Shown: one piece after another, positions 39,438 to 49,042 of the stretch
Position numbering within the stretch: the first letter of the stretch is position 1
Layout: every line of letters begins with the position of its first letter
Assembly: GCA_963737265.1 (NCBI GenBank)
Contig: CAVTRY010000016.1
Coordinates: 1-64,000 of the forward strand
Direction of reading: 5' to 3'
Source: an uncultured delta proteobacterium
GTDB lineage: Bacteria; Myxococcota_A; Polyangia; Fen-1088
DNA length: 64,000 nucleotides
Translations under genes and position numbers: made by a program
The notes under the pieces: generated by a model
What the model was told of the DNA's origin: nothing
The model's database searches: none
What the model saw: only the letters and a program-made list of their open reading frames with translations

Positions 39438-39971
39438 TCAGTATCTGGGCGGCACTACCGTCAGATCATTCTCCACACGCGTGACCCCCTCGGAACCGCG
39501 CACGATGCTGAGAACCTGCTTCAGCGCCTGCCCGTCGGGGACCGAGCCGGTCAGCGTGACCACGCCGTTGTTCGTCGTGACCGACACGTCGCTGAACCGA
39601 GTCATTTCGCCCTCCACCAACTTCCCTTTGATCTTGGCCGTCAGCGCGCTGTCGGAGACGGTCTGCCGGATGCCATTGCTGCCGACATCGAGCCGGTTGT
39701 CGACGCCCACGATTCCGTTCACCAGCGCCAGTCGCGCCGCATCGGATTTCTCGGCCTGTGTATCGACCGTTCCGGTCAGCGTGGCGACGCCGTCGCTGAC
39801 GGTCACGCTGATTGTGTTGTCCCTGAGGTCCGGATTCTTTTGCAGTCGCATCTGGATCTGCGCCACCTGCTGCCGCGCCTGATCCGATCCTGCCTGTTGC
39901 GCCAGCGCCGGAGCAGCTGTCCCGGCCGACATGATCCAGATGGTCATCGCTCCTAGACTCTTGGTCTTCAT
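39438..39971 (-). CDS. Dual BON-domain (OsmY-like) protein
   Basis: Signal peptide, two BON repeats (GVATLTG, GVVTLTG..GVTRVENDL); GGAGG RBS. Confidence 0.9.
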   Translation of the reverse strand: MKTKSLGAMTIWIMSAGTAAPALAQQAGSDQARQQVAQIQMRLQKNPDLRDNTISVTVSDGVATLTGTVDTQAEKSDAARLALVNGIVGVDNRLDVGSNGIRQTVSDSALTAKIKGKLVEGEMTRFSDVSVTTNNGVVTLTGSVPDGQALKQVLSIVRGSEGVTRVENDLTVVPPRY

Positions 39972-40152
39972 CTCTTCACCTCCTCCACTCTCTCGCTACG
40001 AGCCGTTGATCTGGCGATCCCCCTTCCCGGCCCAGTTCCTCTCTTGTCAGTAATCTGATTACGTCCCCGGAACATCCAAGCTCGGCAGGAGGCGGCACGG
40101 GCGCTGGGCGATTTTCCGCGTCCGATTGCGCCCGGGCGCCGTAGATCGGGCG

Positions 40153-40491
40153 ATGGCCCGAAGACATCTCGCCCTCGCGGCGGTGGCGCGTCCGCCGTCC
40201 AAGAACAAAAAGAGGCGCTCCCAGGGGACCAAACGCGCGGCTCCCGCCTCCGCGGCTCGAGGCAACGGAACGGAGTGGAGTGACCTCGAGCAGGCCTTTT
40301 TTGCGTCCGCGCCCCCGGATGAGCCCGAGACCGTCGCCGAGCTGGAGTGCTTCGATGATCTGCTGGCGCCCATTGCTGAAAGGGGGGGACGGGTCCGGGC
40401 GCTGGGACAGGCGGCAGCGACCGCCTGGGGGGCGATCCGGCGCCTCATCTTCGGACCCTCCGGGCGTTCGCGACCAGCCTCGCCGCGTTAG
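40153..40491 (+). CDS. Hypothetical protein
   Basis: ORF with WSDLEQAFFASAPP segment; no family recognised. Confidence 0.45.
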   Translation: MARRHLALAAVARPPSKNKKRRSQGTKRAAPASAARGNGTEWSDLEQAFFASAPPDEPETVAELECFDDLLAPIAERGGRVRALGQAAATAWGAIRRLIFGPSGRSRPASPR

Positions 40492-40536
40492 CGGCGCGTT
40501 TGACGGGGCGCCGCCGGGGCGCGCATCATTGGATCG

Positions 40537-41019
40537 ATGCAGTGTCCAAGGTGCGGGCTCATCAACCCCGAGACGGCGATCGAATGCGACTGTCGGTACG
40601 ACTTCCAGGCAGGCGCGCTGGCGGTGGGGACGTCGCGCGCCTTGGGGATGCCGCGGGCGACGCTGGGTGAGCGGTTCGCGGCGCATTTCATCGACTCGGC
40701 GGTGTCGTGCGGTGGAATGATTCTCGGCACGCACATCGGGACTTCGCTCGGCGTGGGCGCGGCGCCCGCGGTCATCATGTTCGTCGGCTACCTGCTCTTC
40801 TCCGACGGCCTCGGCCAGGGGCAGAGCTTCGGCAAGAAGATGGTCAAGATCGCCGTCGTCGATCAGACCACGGGCGCGCCCTGCAGCTACGGGGGTTCGC
40901 TGTTGCGAAATCTGGTCAGGATGTTCGGCGTGTTCGACTGGGCCTTCGCTCTGGGCGAGCGGCGCCAGCGGCTCGGCGACAAGGCGGCGAACACCATCGT
41001 CATCAAGTTGCGCGCGTAG
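40537..41019 (+). CDS. RDD-family membrane protein with N-terminal zinc ribbon
   Basis: CPRC..CDC, RFAAHFID, GQSFGK, RQRLGDKAANTIV. Confidence 0.88.
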   Translation: MQCPRCGLINPETAIECDCRYDFQAGALAVGTSRALGMPRATLGERFAAHFIDSAVSCGGMILGTHIGTSLGVGAAPAVIMFVGYLLFSDGLGQGQSFGKKMVKIAVVDQTTGAPCSYGGSLLRNLVRMFGVFDWAFALGERRQRLGDKAANTIVIKLRA

Positions 41020-41076
41020 CGCATTGCCAAGCCGGTCGTGAAACCTTCTCCCGCCGCGTAGGTGAGAGGAGCGGGC

Positions 41077-41272
41077 ATGGCGCGGGCATGGGCGACGTTG
41101 GGAGTGGGCGTGCTCCTGGTCGCCGGTGTGGGCACGGATCTCGCGCGCGCCGAGGAGAAGAAGCCCGGGATGTTCGACTTCGAGACCTGGAAGTCGTCCG
41201 TTACCCGCAAGCGAGAGGCCGCCGGACAGATTGCGCCCAAGGGGCTCGACTTGACGCCCGCGGTTCCGTCCC
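41077..41272 (+). pseudogene. 5' fragment of a secreted protein, colliding with the convergent gene
   Basis: GAGGAG RBS, signal peptide ending ARA-EEKK; coding-like only to about 41270. Confidence 0.4.
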
Positions 41273-41656
41273 TCACGTCGTCGCGAATCGGTTCGCCCGC
41301 AGCCCCTTCCAGCCCACCAGCGCCAGGAGCAGCCCGAACAGCAGGTGGGCGACGTGGTCTCCAGGCCTGTAGTGGAAGACGCCGGCGGGGAAGATGCCGA
41401 GCAGCCCGGCTGCGGCCTGGTAGAGATCGACGAGGCCGAACGCCAGATTGAAGGTCGCGATGCCGCGCGCGTTCCTCGCCAGCACCAGCGTCGTGCCAAG
41501 AAGCCCGCACACGATGTGGAAGAGGTCGTAGGGCGCGGCGCCGCTCATGAGCGCGAGGCGCGGCGGTAGGAGAAATCCGCCCAGGCCGGTGAGGATCAAG
41601 AGGGGGCCGAACAGGCCCAGGAGACGGGCGTTCCAGCGCGTCACGTTCGTTGTCAC
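41273..41656 (-). CDS. Small 4-TM membrane protein (DUF4383-like)
   Basis: DLFHIVCG and DHVAHLLFG His-containing helices; GTGA overlap with the upstream gene. Confidence 0.7.
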   Translation of the reverse strand: MTTNVTRWNARLLGLFGPLLILTGLGGFLLPPRLALMSGAAPYDLFHIVCGLLGTTLVLARNARGIATFNLAFGLVDLYQAAAGLLGIFPAGVFHYRPGDHVAHLLFGLLLALVGWKGLRANRFATT

Positions 41657-42189
41657 GCCGTCCTTTCCAGGCCGAAGTAAAGAACCAGGATCTCGCGCTT
41701 CTTTGTCTTCAGGTACGCCTGACCGAGGAAGAGCCCGGGGCGAATCTGGCGGACCTCGTCTTTGATCGCGCGAATGAAGAATGGATTGTCGGAGTTGTCG
41801 TAGTCGAGCTGGAAAGCGCCGAACGCGCCGGCGCGAGACGGTCCGATGAAGGTGTCGAAGCGAAACCAACGTGTCCTGTCGTTGAAGACCCGATTGATCC
41901 CGGTGCCGCGCTCGGCAGCGGCCCCTTCGGCGCGGAAGCTCTTTCCGAGCCAGGGAAAAAAGCGGGTGCGCGCCCACAGCTGCGCCCACCAAAAAAACCA
42001 GCGGGGGGCCGCGACCAGCGCCAGCATGCGCCCGCGCAGATCGCCCGAGAGGTCGGCGATTTCCGGCGTGCCACCGCCAACATAGAGGTTCCTCAGTGTC
42101 TCGGCGTCCGCCCGAAGCAGATCGTCGAGGCGCGAGGGCGACACCGCCGTGGTCGCCGAAATTGCCAGCTCGCTCGCAGATATGGCCAT
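41653..42189 (-). CDS. Conserved hypothetical protein
   Basis: PWLGKSF, GINRV, LDYD..NP..IRAIKDEVRQIRPGLFLG; GGAGG RBS. Confidence 0.75.
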   Translation of the reverse strand: MAISASELAISATTAVSPSRLDDLLRADAETLRNLYVGGGTPEIADLSGDLRGRMLALVAAPRWFFWWAQLWARTRFFPWLGKSFRAEGAAAERGTGINRVFNDRTRWFRFDTFIGPSRAGAFGAFQLDYDNSDNPFFIRAIKDEVRQIRPGLFLGQAYLKTKKREILVLYFGLERTA

Positions 42190-42511
42190 CGTGACCCTCC
42201 CCTTTGCTCTCGGATAGGCCGGCAGCGGCGATTCGGATCTCTCGAAAACCGTGGTGATCGAGGACGGCAGCTGTGGCAATATCCTAAAGCTGCCCGACGA
42301 ACTCGGATTCGGGATCTGGCCCAGGGCAAACGCCTGCGATGCTCTGACTGCGCGGCGACGGTTTGGATGCGCTCTGCGCCACAAATGAGAGCTTCGCGCC
42401 AGGAATGCGGAGATTTTTGCGTCGACCCCTGAGACTGTCCGCCTGACTCGCGCGCAGAAGAGCGCCCGCGATTTGTCACTCCACCGTTTCTCCCCCCAGG
42501 AGGTGAAGAAG

Positions 42512-43810
42512 ATGATGTCGCGAATCTCGCTCGTTGTATGTGCTCTTGCTCTTGCGGCCGGCGTCGCCGGTACCGCTCGGGCGGAAGACGTCCCGCCGCC
42601 GCCCCCGCCTGCGCACGAAGTCGTGCCGGCCGCGCCGCCGATGGCCGAGCCTGCCGCAGCGCCGATGGCGCCACCGCCAGCCGCGCCAGCCCCGGCCTGG
42701 CCTCCGTCGGTATCGTTCAAGAGCGAGCCCTCGAGCGGCAATACGATCAAGATCGGGCTGCTGGTGCAGCCGCAGTTCCAGTTGCTCGGCAGCAACGAGC
42801 TCGACGGCAATGCGTACAACCTCTATATCCGCCGCACGCGGCTCCTTGTTGCAGGAACGTTGTTCGGCCAGTTCGAGTACTTCTTCGACACCGACTATCC
42901 GAACCTGTTCCTGGCGACGAGCGAAGCGCCCACCGCCGCGGCCGCCGCGACGACCACCAAGGCCACGCCGGGAATGAACATCCAGGACGCCTTCATTACC
43001 TGGAAGCCCATGGGCGACATGATCAAGATCGACGCCGGCTACATGCTGCCGCCGATGGCCCACAACGCCGTCCAGGGAGCGGGGACGCTCTACTCCTGGG
43101 ACTACTTCGCGTTCTCGTTCCTGAGCACCGCCAACACGCTCCTCGGCAGCACGGCCAGCCCGGTCGGACGCGACGCGGGCCTTCAGTTCCGCGGGTTGTG
43201 GCTCGACGGACATATCGACCTCCGCCTCGGCCTGTTCCAGGGCCTGCGCGCCACCGATCAGCCGGGGGCCGCGGGTGACACCGCGACCACCGTCGGCTCG
43301 AACAACTTCTTCCGCGCTACCGGCCGCCTCCAGATCAACCTGCTCGATGCGGAGCCGGGATTCTTCTACGCAGGCACCTACCTCGGGAAGAAGAAGATTC
43401 TCTCCCTCGGCATCACGGGCGACACGCAGAAGAGCTACCACTACTATGGCGGCGACGTCTTCGCCGATCTGCCGCTCGGGCCGGGCATCTTCACGGCGCA
43501 GGTCGACGTGGTGCACATGACCGGTGGGACGTTCGTCCCGGGGCTGGCCAAGCAGACCGCGCTCATGAGCGAGATCGGCTTCAACTTCGCCGGGTTCAAC
43601 ATCTCCCCGATCTTCCGCTTCGAGCAGCTGTGGGGCGGAACCAACGGCGCGACCACCAGCGCGAATCAGACGCGTGCCGGCGGCGGCCTGGCTTTCTGGC
43701 CGTACGGACACAACACCAACCTCAAGGCGTTCTACATGCACGACGCCGTGACCGGAAGCCCGCACGCCGCCAACCAGGTCAACGTGCAGTGGCAGCTCTA
43801 CTTCCTCTAA
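42512..43810 (+). CDS. Outer-membrane porin (OprO/OprP-like)
   Basis: Signal peptide, YIRRTRL, IQDAFITW, GRDAG, terminal QWQLYFL. Confidence 0.8.
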   Translation: MMSRISLVVCALALAAGVAGTARAEDVPPPPPPAHEVVPAAPPMAEPAAAPMAPPPAAPAPAWPPSVSFKSEPSSGNTIKIGLLVQPQFQLLGSNELDGNAYNLYIRRTRLLVAGTLFGQFEYFFDTDYPNLFLATSEAPTAAAAATTTKATPGMNIQDAFITWKPMGDMIKIDAGYMLPPMAHNAVQGAGTLYSWDYFAFSFLSTANTLLGSTASPVGRDAGLQFRGLWLDGHIDLRLGLFQGLRATDQPGAAGDTATTVGSNNFFRATGRLQINLLDAEPGFFYAGTYLGKKKILSLGITGDTQKSYHYYGGDVFADLPLGPGIFTAQVDVVHMTGGTFVPGLAKQTALMSEIGFNFAGFNISPIFRFEQLWGGTNGATTSANQTRAGGGLAFWPYGHNTNLKAFYMHDAVTGSPHAANQVNVQWQLYFL

Positions 43811-43828
43811 AGTAGGGGTGGAACACAA

Positions 43829-45457
43829 ATGGGGGTGAGCGCCATGACCACGGGTTCAACGGCAACGACACCGGGGGGGGTGCTGAGCAATGCGGAGGCC
43901 CGGAAGGTCATCTTCGCCTCCTCGCTCGGTACCGTCTTCGAGTGGTACGACTTCTACATCTACGCCACTTTGGCGCCGTTCTTCGCGACGCTCTTCTTCC
44001 CGAAGGGGAACGCGACGGCGGCGCTCATGGCCAGCTTCGCCACCTACGCGGCCGGATTCCTGGTCCGGCCGTTCGGCGCGTTGGTGTTCGGGCGCATCGG
44101 CGATCTCGTCGGGCGGAAGTACACCTTCCTGGTCACCATCATGGTGATGGGCCTGTCGACCGCGGCGGTCGGCATGTTGCCGACCTACGCGAGCGTGGGG
44201 ATGTTGTCGCCCACCATCCTGGTGCTGCTGCGGCTGGCGCAGGGGTTGGCGCTCGGCGGCGAGTACGGCGGGGCCGCGACCTACGTCGCGGAGCACGCGC
44301 CCGACAGCAAGCGGGGTCTGCACACCAGCTGGATCCAAACCACCGCCACGTTGGGATTCTTCGTCTCGCTGGTGGTGATCGGGGGCTGCCGGGCCAATAT
44401 GTCGGAGGACGCCTTCAAGAGTTGGGGCTGGAGAATCCCGTTCCTCCTCTCGCTCGTCCTGCTGGTGATCTCGGTCTACATCCGGCTCAAGCTCAACGAG
44501 TCGCCGGTCTTCTTGGCGATGAAGTCGCAGGGCAAGGGGAGCAAGGCGCCGCTGCGTGAGAGCTTCACCCACTGGCCCAACGCCAAGCTCGTGCTCATCG
44601 CTCTCTTCGGCGCGGCGGCAGGGCAGGGGGTCATCTGGTACACGGGGCAGTTCTATGCGCTCTTCTTCCTGACCGGGACGCTGAAGCTCCCCTGGAAGAC
44701 CGCTTACCTGATCATCGCGGTGGCGCTGGCCCTCGGCACCGGCCTCTTCCTCTTTTTCGGCTGGCTCTCCGACAAGATCGGCCGCAAGAAGATCATGCTC
44801 GCCGGCTGCATTCTCGGCGCGCTGACCTACTTCCCGATCTACCGGCAGATGGTGCACTTCGGCAATCCAGCGCTGGAGGCCTTCAACGGCAACACGAAGA
44901 TCGCGCTCACGGCCAGTAGCTGCCAGATGCACCTCTTCCCCAACCCGAAGACGGTCTACAGCGAGTGCGACAAGGTGCAGGACTTCCTCTCCAAGAAGAG
45001 CCTCTCGTACGAAACGGTCGAGGGGGAGGCGAGCGCCAAGCCGATCACCCACATCAACGACGCCGTCATCGTCGGCTGGGACGAGGCCAAGCTGGGCGCC
45101 GCGCTCAAGGCGGCGGGCGCGCCAGGGGCGCCGAAACCGGAGGACGTGAACGTCCCGGTGTTGATCTTGCTGGTGTTCATCCAGCTCATCTACGTGACGA
45201 TGGTCTACGGTCCAATCGCCGCCTTCCTGGTCGAGCTGTTCCCGGCGCGCATCCGCTACACCTCGATGTCGCTGCCGTACCACATCGGCAACGGCTGGTT
45301 CGGGGGGATGTTGCCGCTGACCGCCGCGGCGCTGGTCGCCGCGAAGGGGAACATCTTCGCGGGTCTCTGGTATCCGGTGATCGTCGCCAGTATCACCGCG
45401 GTGATCGGCCTCATCTTCATCCGCGAGACCCGGGACCACCGCATCGGCACGCTCTAG
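43829..45457 (+). CDS. MFS transporter, metabolite:H+ symporter (MHS) family
   Basis: GTVFEWYDF, GDLVGRK, QGLALGGEYGGA, WGWRIPF, ELFPARIRY. Confidence 0.93.
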   Translation: MGVSAMTTGSTATTPGGVLSNAEARKVIFASSLGTVFEWYDFYIYATLAPFFATLFFPKGNATAALMASFATYAAGFLVRPFGALVFGRIGDLVGRKYTFLVTIMVMGLSTAAVGMLPTYASVGMLSPTILVLLRLAQGLALGGEYGGAATYVAEHAPDSKRGLHTSWIQTTATLGFFVSLVVIGGCRANMSEDAFKSWGWRIPFLLSLVLLVISVYIRLKLNESPVFLAMKSQGKGSKAPLRESFTHWPNAKLVLIALFGAAAGQGVIWYTGQFYALFFLTGTLKLPWKTAYLIIAVALALGTGLFLFFGWLSDKIGRKKIMLAGCILGALTYFPIYRQMVHFGNPALEAFNGNTKIALTASSCQMHLFPNPKTVYSECDKVQDFLSKKSLSYETVEGEASAKPITHINDAVIVGWDEAKLGAALKAAGAPGAPKPEDVNVPVLILLVFIQLIYVTMVYGPIAAFLVELFPARIRYTSMSLPYHIGNGWFGGMLPLTAAALVAAKGNIFAGLWYPVIVASITAVIGLIFIRETRDHRIGTL

Positions 45458-45493
45458 CCAGCAGGACAGCCGCCGGGGTGGTAGCCTGGTCTG

Positions 45494-45757
45494 ATGGAGC
45501 CGGACGACGACTCGCCTGAGTTCTTCGAAGACGAGCCGACCCACCTCGACGAGATGCAACCGCTCGGCGCCTCCGAGCGGAAGACCCGTACCTACAAGAG
45601 CGAGGAGTTTCTGGCGGGGCGCGAGGCCGGGCTGAAGGAAGGGATGGACGCGGCCGTCGCGGCGCTTCGCGTGGAGCTGGTTCGGGCCGGCTGCACCGAA
45701 GACGAGATCAAGCACATCGTGGCCCGCGTACGCGCGGGAGCTGGCCCGGCCAAGTAG
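45494..45757 (+). CDS. Hypothetical acidic protein
   Basis: Host-like codon usage; fills the intergenic gap. Confidence 0.6.
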   Translation: MEPDDDSPEFFEDEPTHLDEMQPLGASERKTRTYKSEEFLAGREAGLKEGMDAAVAALRVELVRAGCTEDEIKHIVARVRAGAGPAK

Positions 45758-45842
45758 GGGCCAGCCCCGAAAACCTTCAGCAGCTTCCGCATTCTGCGGT
45801 CGTGGTTAACGTTTCCTGTGAATCACAAAGTCAGGAGACCGC

Positions 45843-46145
45843 ATGAACAGGATTCGCGCAGGGGTGATAGCGACGTTGTTGGGGGTTTGGTGCTTTCCGA
45901 TGGTGAGCTCGGCGAAGGCCTTGTCATCCGAGCCGGAGTCGCCGGCCGCCATGATCGTCAGGGCCGGGACGACAGGCAGGACGACGACAGCAACGCCGGC
46001 GCATGCTTCCGAGGCGGCGAGTCTGGCGACGCGCGAACAGCAGACGCGGAATCTTCAGGACTTCCGAGGCGGCGGGGTGACCATCTACATCGGCAGCGGT
46101 GTTCTGCTCATCGTGCTGATCATCCTTCTCATTCTGCTCATCTGA
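45843..46145 (+). CDS. Putative double-glycine precursor: signal peptide, leader ending LQDFRGG, hydrophobic C-terminal peptide
   Basis: AGGAG RBS; TGATG overlap with the C39 peptidase gene. Confidence 0.75.
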   Translation: MNRIRAGVIATLLGVWCFPMVSSAKALSSEPESPAAMIVRAGTTGRTTTATPAHASEAASLATREQQTRNLQDFRGGGVTIYIGSGVLLIVLIILLILLI

Positions 46146-46747
46146 TGACGCATCGGGCGCGCGCGGCCCTCTGGCTGGTTCTGCTCGGGCTGTCGGTCTC
46201 GGGCTGTTATGCGGGAGAGGCGCGCGCCGTCTCGCCGCAAAGGGCGTCGGCCCTGGCCGCCGATCCGGCCTGGACGTTCGTGCCCGACGTTCCGTTCATC
46301 GCGCAGCGCTCCGATTCGGATTGCGGTCCGGCGGCGCTGGCGATGGTGCTGGCCCACTTCGGTGTCCCCGCGTCCCTCGCAGAGGTGGTGGCGGCTGATC
46401 CACCCCGCGACGGGGGCGTGCGCGCCGGAGACCTGCGCGACCTGGCGCGCGCGAAAGGGCTGTCGGCGTTCGTCGTGGCGGGGACCTTTGCCGATCTGTT
46501 CGAACAGCTCGGCCTCGGGCGTCCCGTCTTGGTCGGCCTCGCCAAGCCGATGACGGCAGGACGCGCGATGGCGCACTACGAGGTCGTCGTCGCCATCGAC
46601 CGCCGCGATCACCGATTGTTGACGCTCGATCCGGCCCGGGGGCTGAGCGAAAACAGCCTGGAGGCCTTCGCGCGAGAGTGGGTGCCCACCGGTCAGGTCA
46701 CGCTCATCGTGTTTCGGCCTGGGTCGGCCGACCGTAAAGCTTCCTGA
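46145..46747 (+). CDS. Stand-alone peptidase C39-like lipoprotein
   Basis: Lipobox VSGC, QRSDSDCGPAAL, AHYEVV, LDPA (Cys-His-Asp). Confidence 0.88.
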   Translation: MTHRARAALWLVLLGLSVSGCYAGEARAVSPQRASALAADPAWTFVPDVPFIAQRSDSDCGPAALAMVLAHFGVPASLAEVVAADPPRDGGVRAGDLRDLARAKGLSAFVVAGTFADLFEQLGLGRPVLVGLAKPMTAGRAMAHYEVVVAIDRRDHRLLTLDPARGLSENSLEAFAREWVPTGQVTLIVFRPGSADRKAS

Positions 46748-47009
46748 GCTCGTCCTTGGCACGGACGAGGATCTTCTTCTCGGCGGCCGGCAGGTTCTTG
46801 CCGCCGCGGTTCAGGTAGAAAGTCAGCATCGACATTGCCGACCGAAACGGCGGCGACTTGCGCCGGGTGCTCCGCTCCGCCGAGCGCTTGACCGAACGCG
46901 CGATGGCGCCGGGGCTCTTCTTCTTGAAGACGCCCCGCTCCAAATCCATCGCGTCGCTGGTCTCGGTCACCCTTTGCGACCAGCGGTTGGTCGGCCTGGC
47001 GGCGGCCAT
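46704..47009 (-). CDS. DUF3175-family protein
   Basis: RWSQRVTETSDAMDLE.GVF...FRSAMSMLTFYLNRGG..AKDELR. Confidence 0.88.
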   Translation of the reverse strand: MAAARPTNRWSQRVTETSDAMDLERGVFKKKSPGAIARSVKRSAERSTRRKSPPFRSAMSMLTFYLNRGGKNLPAAEKKILVRAKDELRKLYGRPTQAETR

Positions 47010-47016
47010 CGAAGCG

Positions 47017-47226
47017 TCACCTCTGCGGGTGGCGTCTCTCGGGCGACGGCGACAGCTCGCCCGGTTGGCGCAGGGCATCGTTTGGAAGCGGCCAGCGTCG
47101 GGTATGTGTGCGCTCTTGCCAGTCGAGCCGTCGCGCGGCGCGCCGCGCGTCCTCTTCGGGCGTCTCGATTCGAGGCTCGACCGTCGCCTCTTCGGGAACG
47201 CCGTCGTCGTCCGGTTTCCTAGGCAT
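47017..47226 (-). CDS. Hypothetical protein
   Basis: Short ORF in line with its neighbours. Confidence 0.35.
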   Translation of the reverse strand: MPRKPDDDGVPEEATVEPRIETPEEDARRAARRLDWQERTHTRRWPLPNDALRQPGELSPSPERRHPQR

Positions 47227-47264
47227 GTCCAAGAAGGTGGACACTGGAAGCGAATCCGCCAGCC

Positions 47265-47603
47265 CTACGGCCAGCCCGGCTTGCAGACCACCACGACCGT
47301 GTCGTCGACGGTCATCAGGCCCCGCGGCACCATCTGCTCGAGCTCGGGGAGCAGTCGATCGACGCGCTCGGGCGTATCGATCCACTCGATGACCATCGGC
47401 AGCTTCTCGACCAGGTCCCCCAGGTTCACGGTGTGGACCACCCCCGAGCCGCCGAAACCCTCCAGCCCCCTCAGCACGGTCGCGCCAGCGGCGTGCTCCC
47501 GCCGCAGGAGACCCACGACCGCTACGTAGGTCGCCTGGTGCCCGACATGGTCATCCTCGCTGACGTAGATGCGAAGGCGCTTGGCTTTTCGGCCTGGGTG
47601 CAT
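47265..47603 (-). CDS. DUF190 (PII-like) protein
   Basis: LRIYVSEDD, GATVLRGLEGFG, LPMVIEWID. Confidence 0.9.
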   Translation of the reverse strand: MHPGRKAKRLRIYVSEDDHVGHQATYVAVVGLLRREHAAGATVLRGLEGFGGSGVVHTVNLGDLVEKLPMVIEWIDTPERVDRLLPELEQMVPRGLMTVDDTVVVVCKPGWP

Positions 47604-47677
47604 CGGGTCCTCCCCCCCATGGAATATGGGTCCGAGCAGGTATTCGGATCGGGCGCCAGCTGCGGTATACGGGGGGC

Positions 47678-48316
47678 ATGTCAGTTGAACGCTCAGTCAT
47701 TCCAGCGGCCGAGGCGCTGGCGCGACTCAAAGAAGGCAACGGCCGCTACGTGAAGAACGTCCGCAGCGTCGACGCGATGCTCAGCCATAGCCGGCGCGAC
47801 GACCAGGCGCCTCAGCAGCCGATCGCCATCGTGCTCGGCTGCTCAGATTCGCGCGCCCCGGCGGAGATCGTGTTCGATCAGGGGCTGGGCGATCTGTTCG
47901 TCATTCGCGTCGCCGGGAACATCGTCGCGCCGTCGCAGATCGGCAGCGTGGAGTTTGCCGCCGAGCGCTTCGGGACCCGGCTGGTGGTGGTCATGGGGCA
48001 CACGCAGTGCGGCGCCATCCACGCCACCATCGAGGCGATCGCCGGCGAGCAGGGCACGGCCTCGCGCAACCTCATGTCGATCGTGAACCGCGTCCGCCCC
48101 GGCATCGAGGGGCTGATGGCGACCGAGCTGGCGCGGGATCCCCTGCGCCTCCATCGCGAGGCGATGCGCGCCAACGTGCGCGCCTCGGTGAACCACCTTC
48201 GCCACGGCTCCGACGTCATCGAGCGGCTGGCCGGCGAGGGGGGCCTGGCGGTGGTCGGCAGCGAGCTGGATCTGTCGACCGGCGAGGTGAACTTCTTCGA
48301 CGACCTGGCCGGCTAG
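47678..48316 (+). CDS. Beta-class carbonic anhydrase
   Basis: LKEGNGRY, LGCSDSR, RVAGN, GHTQCGA. Confidence 0.95.
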   Translation: MSVERSVIPAAEALARLKEGNGRYVKNVRSVDAMLSHSRRDDQAPQQPIAIVLGCSDSRAPAEIVFDQGLGDLFVIRVAGNIVAPSQIGSVEFAAERFGTRLVVVMGHTQCGAIHATIEAIAGEQGTASRNLMSIVNRVRPGIEGLMATELARDPLRLHREAMRANVRASVNHLRHGSDVIERLAGEGGLAVVGSELDLSTGEVNFFDDLAG

Positions 48317-48990
48317 GAGCCGCCGCGCTCGTCGCGGCGGTCGCGGTAAGGCTCGTCCATCTCCACGTAGTCCTGTTCGGCGAGCGCCGCGGTCATCCAG
48401 GCGCGCATCGCGGGGAGCGCGTCGACGGCGGCCATGTACTTGCCGACCACCTCGGGGACGGCGACGCCGAAGCCCAGGAATCGCCGGACCACCGGAGCGT
48501 AGTAGGCGTCGGCGGCCGAGAACGCGTCGAACAGGAACGGCCCTCCGGCACCGTATCGCTCGCGGCAGTCGGTCCAGCTGGCGACGATCCGCTGGATGTC
48601 GCGCTTCACCGCGCGCTCGAAGGGCACGTTCTGCAGGCGGAGCTCGCAGTTCATCGGCAGCCGGTCGCGCAGCGCCCCGAAGCCGGCATGCATCTCGGCG
48701 CAGATGGCCCGGGCCCGCGCGCGCGCCCGTGCATCGCGCGGCCAGATCCCGCGCTCGGGGAACTTCTCGGCCAGATATTCGACGATCGCCAGGCTGTCCC
48801 AGACGACGAAGTCTCCATCCACCAACACCGGAACCTGGCCGACCGCCGAGACGGCCCGGACCCGCGCCTTGAAGTCCGGATCGTTGAACGAGAGCTTTTC
48901 TTCCTCGAAGGGAATCTGGAGCTGCGTGAGCAGCAGCCAGGGGCGCATCGACCATGACGAGTAGTTCATGTTCCCGATGAGCAATCTCAT
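48313..48990 (-). CDS. Glutathione S-transferase family protein (alternative start 49008)
   Basis: IGNMNYSSWSMRPW, VPVL, WDSLAIVEYL, ADAYYAPV. Confidence 0.93.
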   Translation of the reverse strand: MRLLIGNMNYSSWSMRPWLLLTQLQIPFEEEKLSFNDPDFKARVRAVSAVGQVPVLVDGDFVVWDSLAIVEYLAEKFPERGIWPRDARARARARAICAEMHAGFGALRDRLPMNCELRLQNVPFERAVKRDIQRIVASWTDCRERYGAGGPFLFDAFSAADAYYAPVVRRFLGFGVAVPEVVGKYMAAVDALPAMRAWMTAALAEQDYVEMDEPYRDRRDERGGS

Positions 48991-49042
48991 GTCGCGAAGA
49001 TAGCTCATTGTCGGTCTCGCCGGGCGCCCAGCGGCGACCGGT

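Noticed and set aside
47604-47677. Fluoride riboswitch near DUF190
   Set aside because: Conserved GATG..CC / CTGATGAC core not seen.
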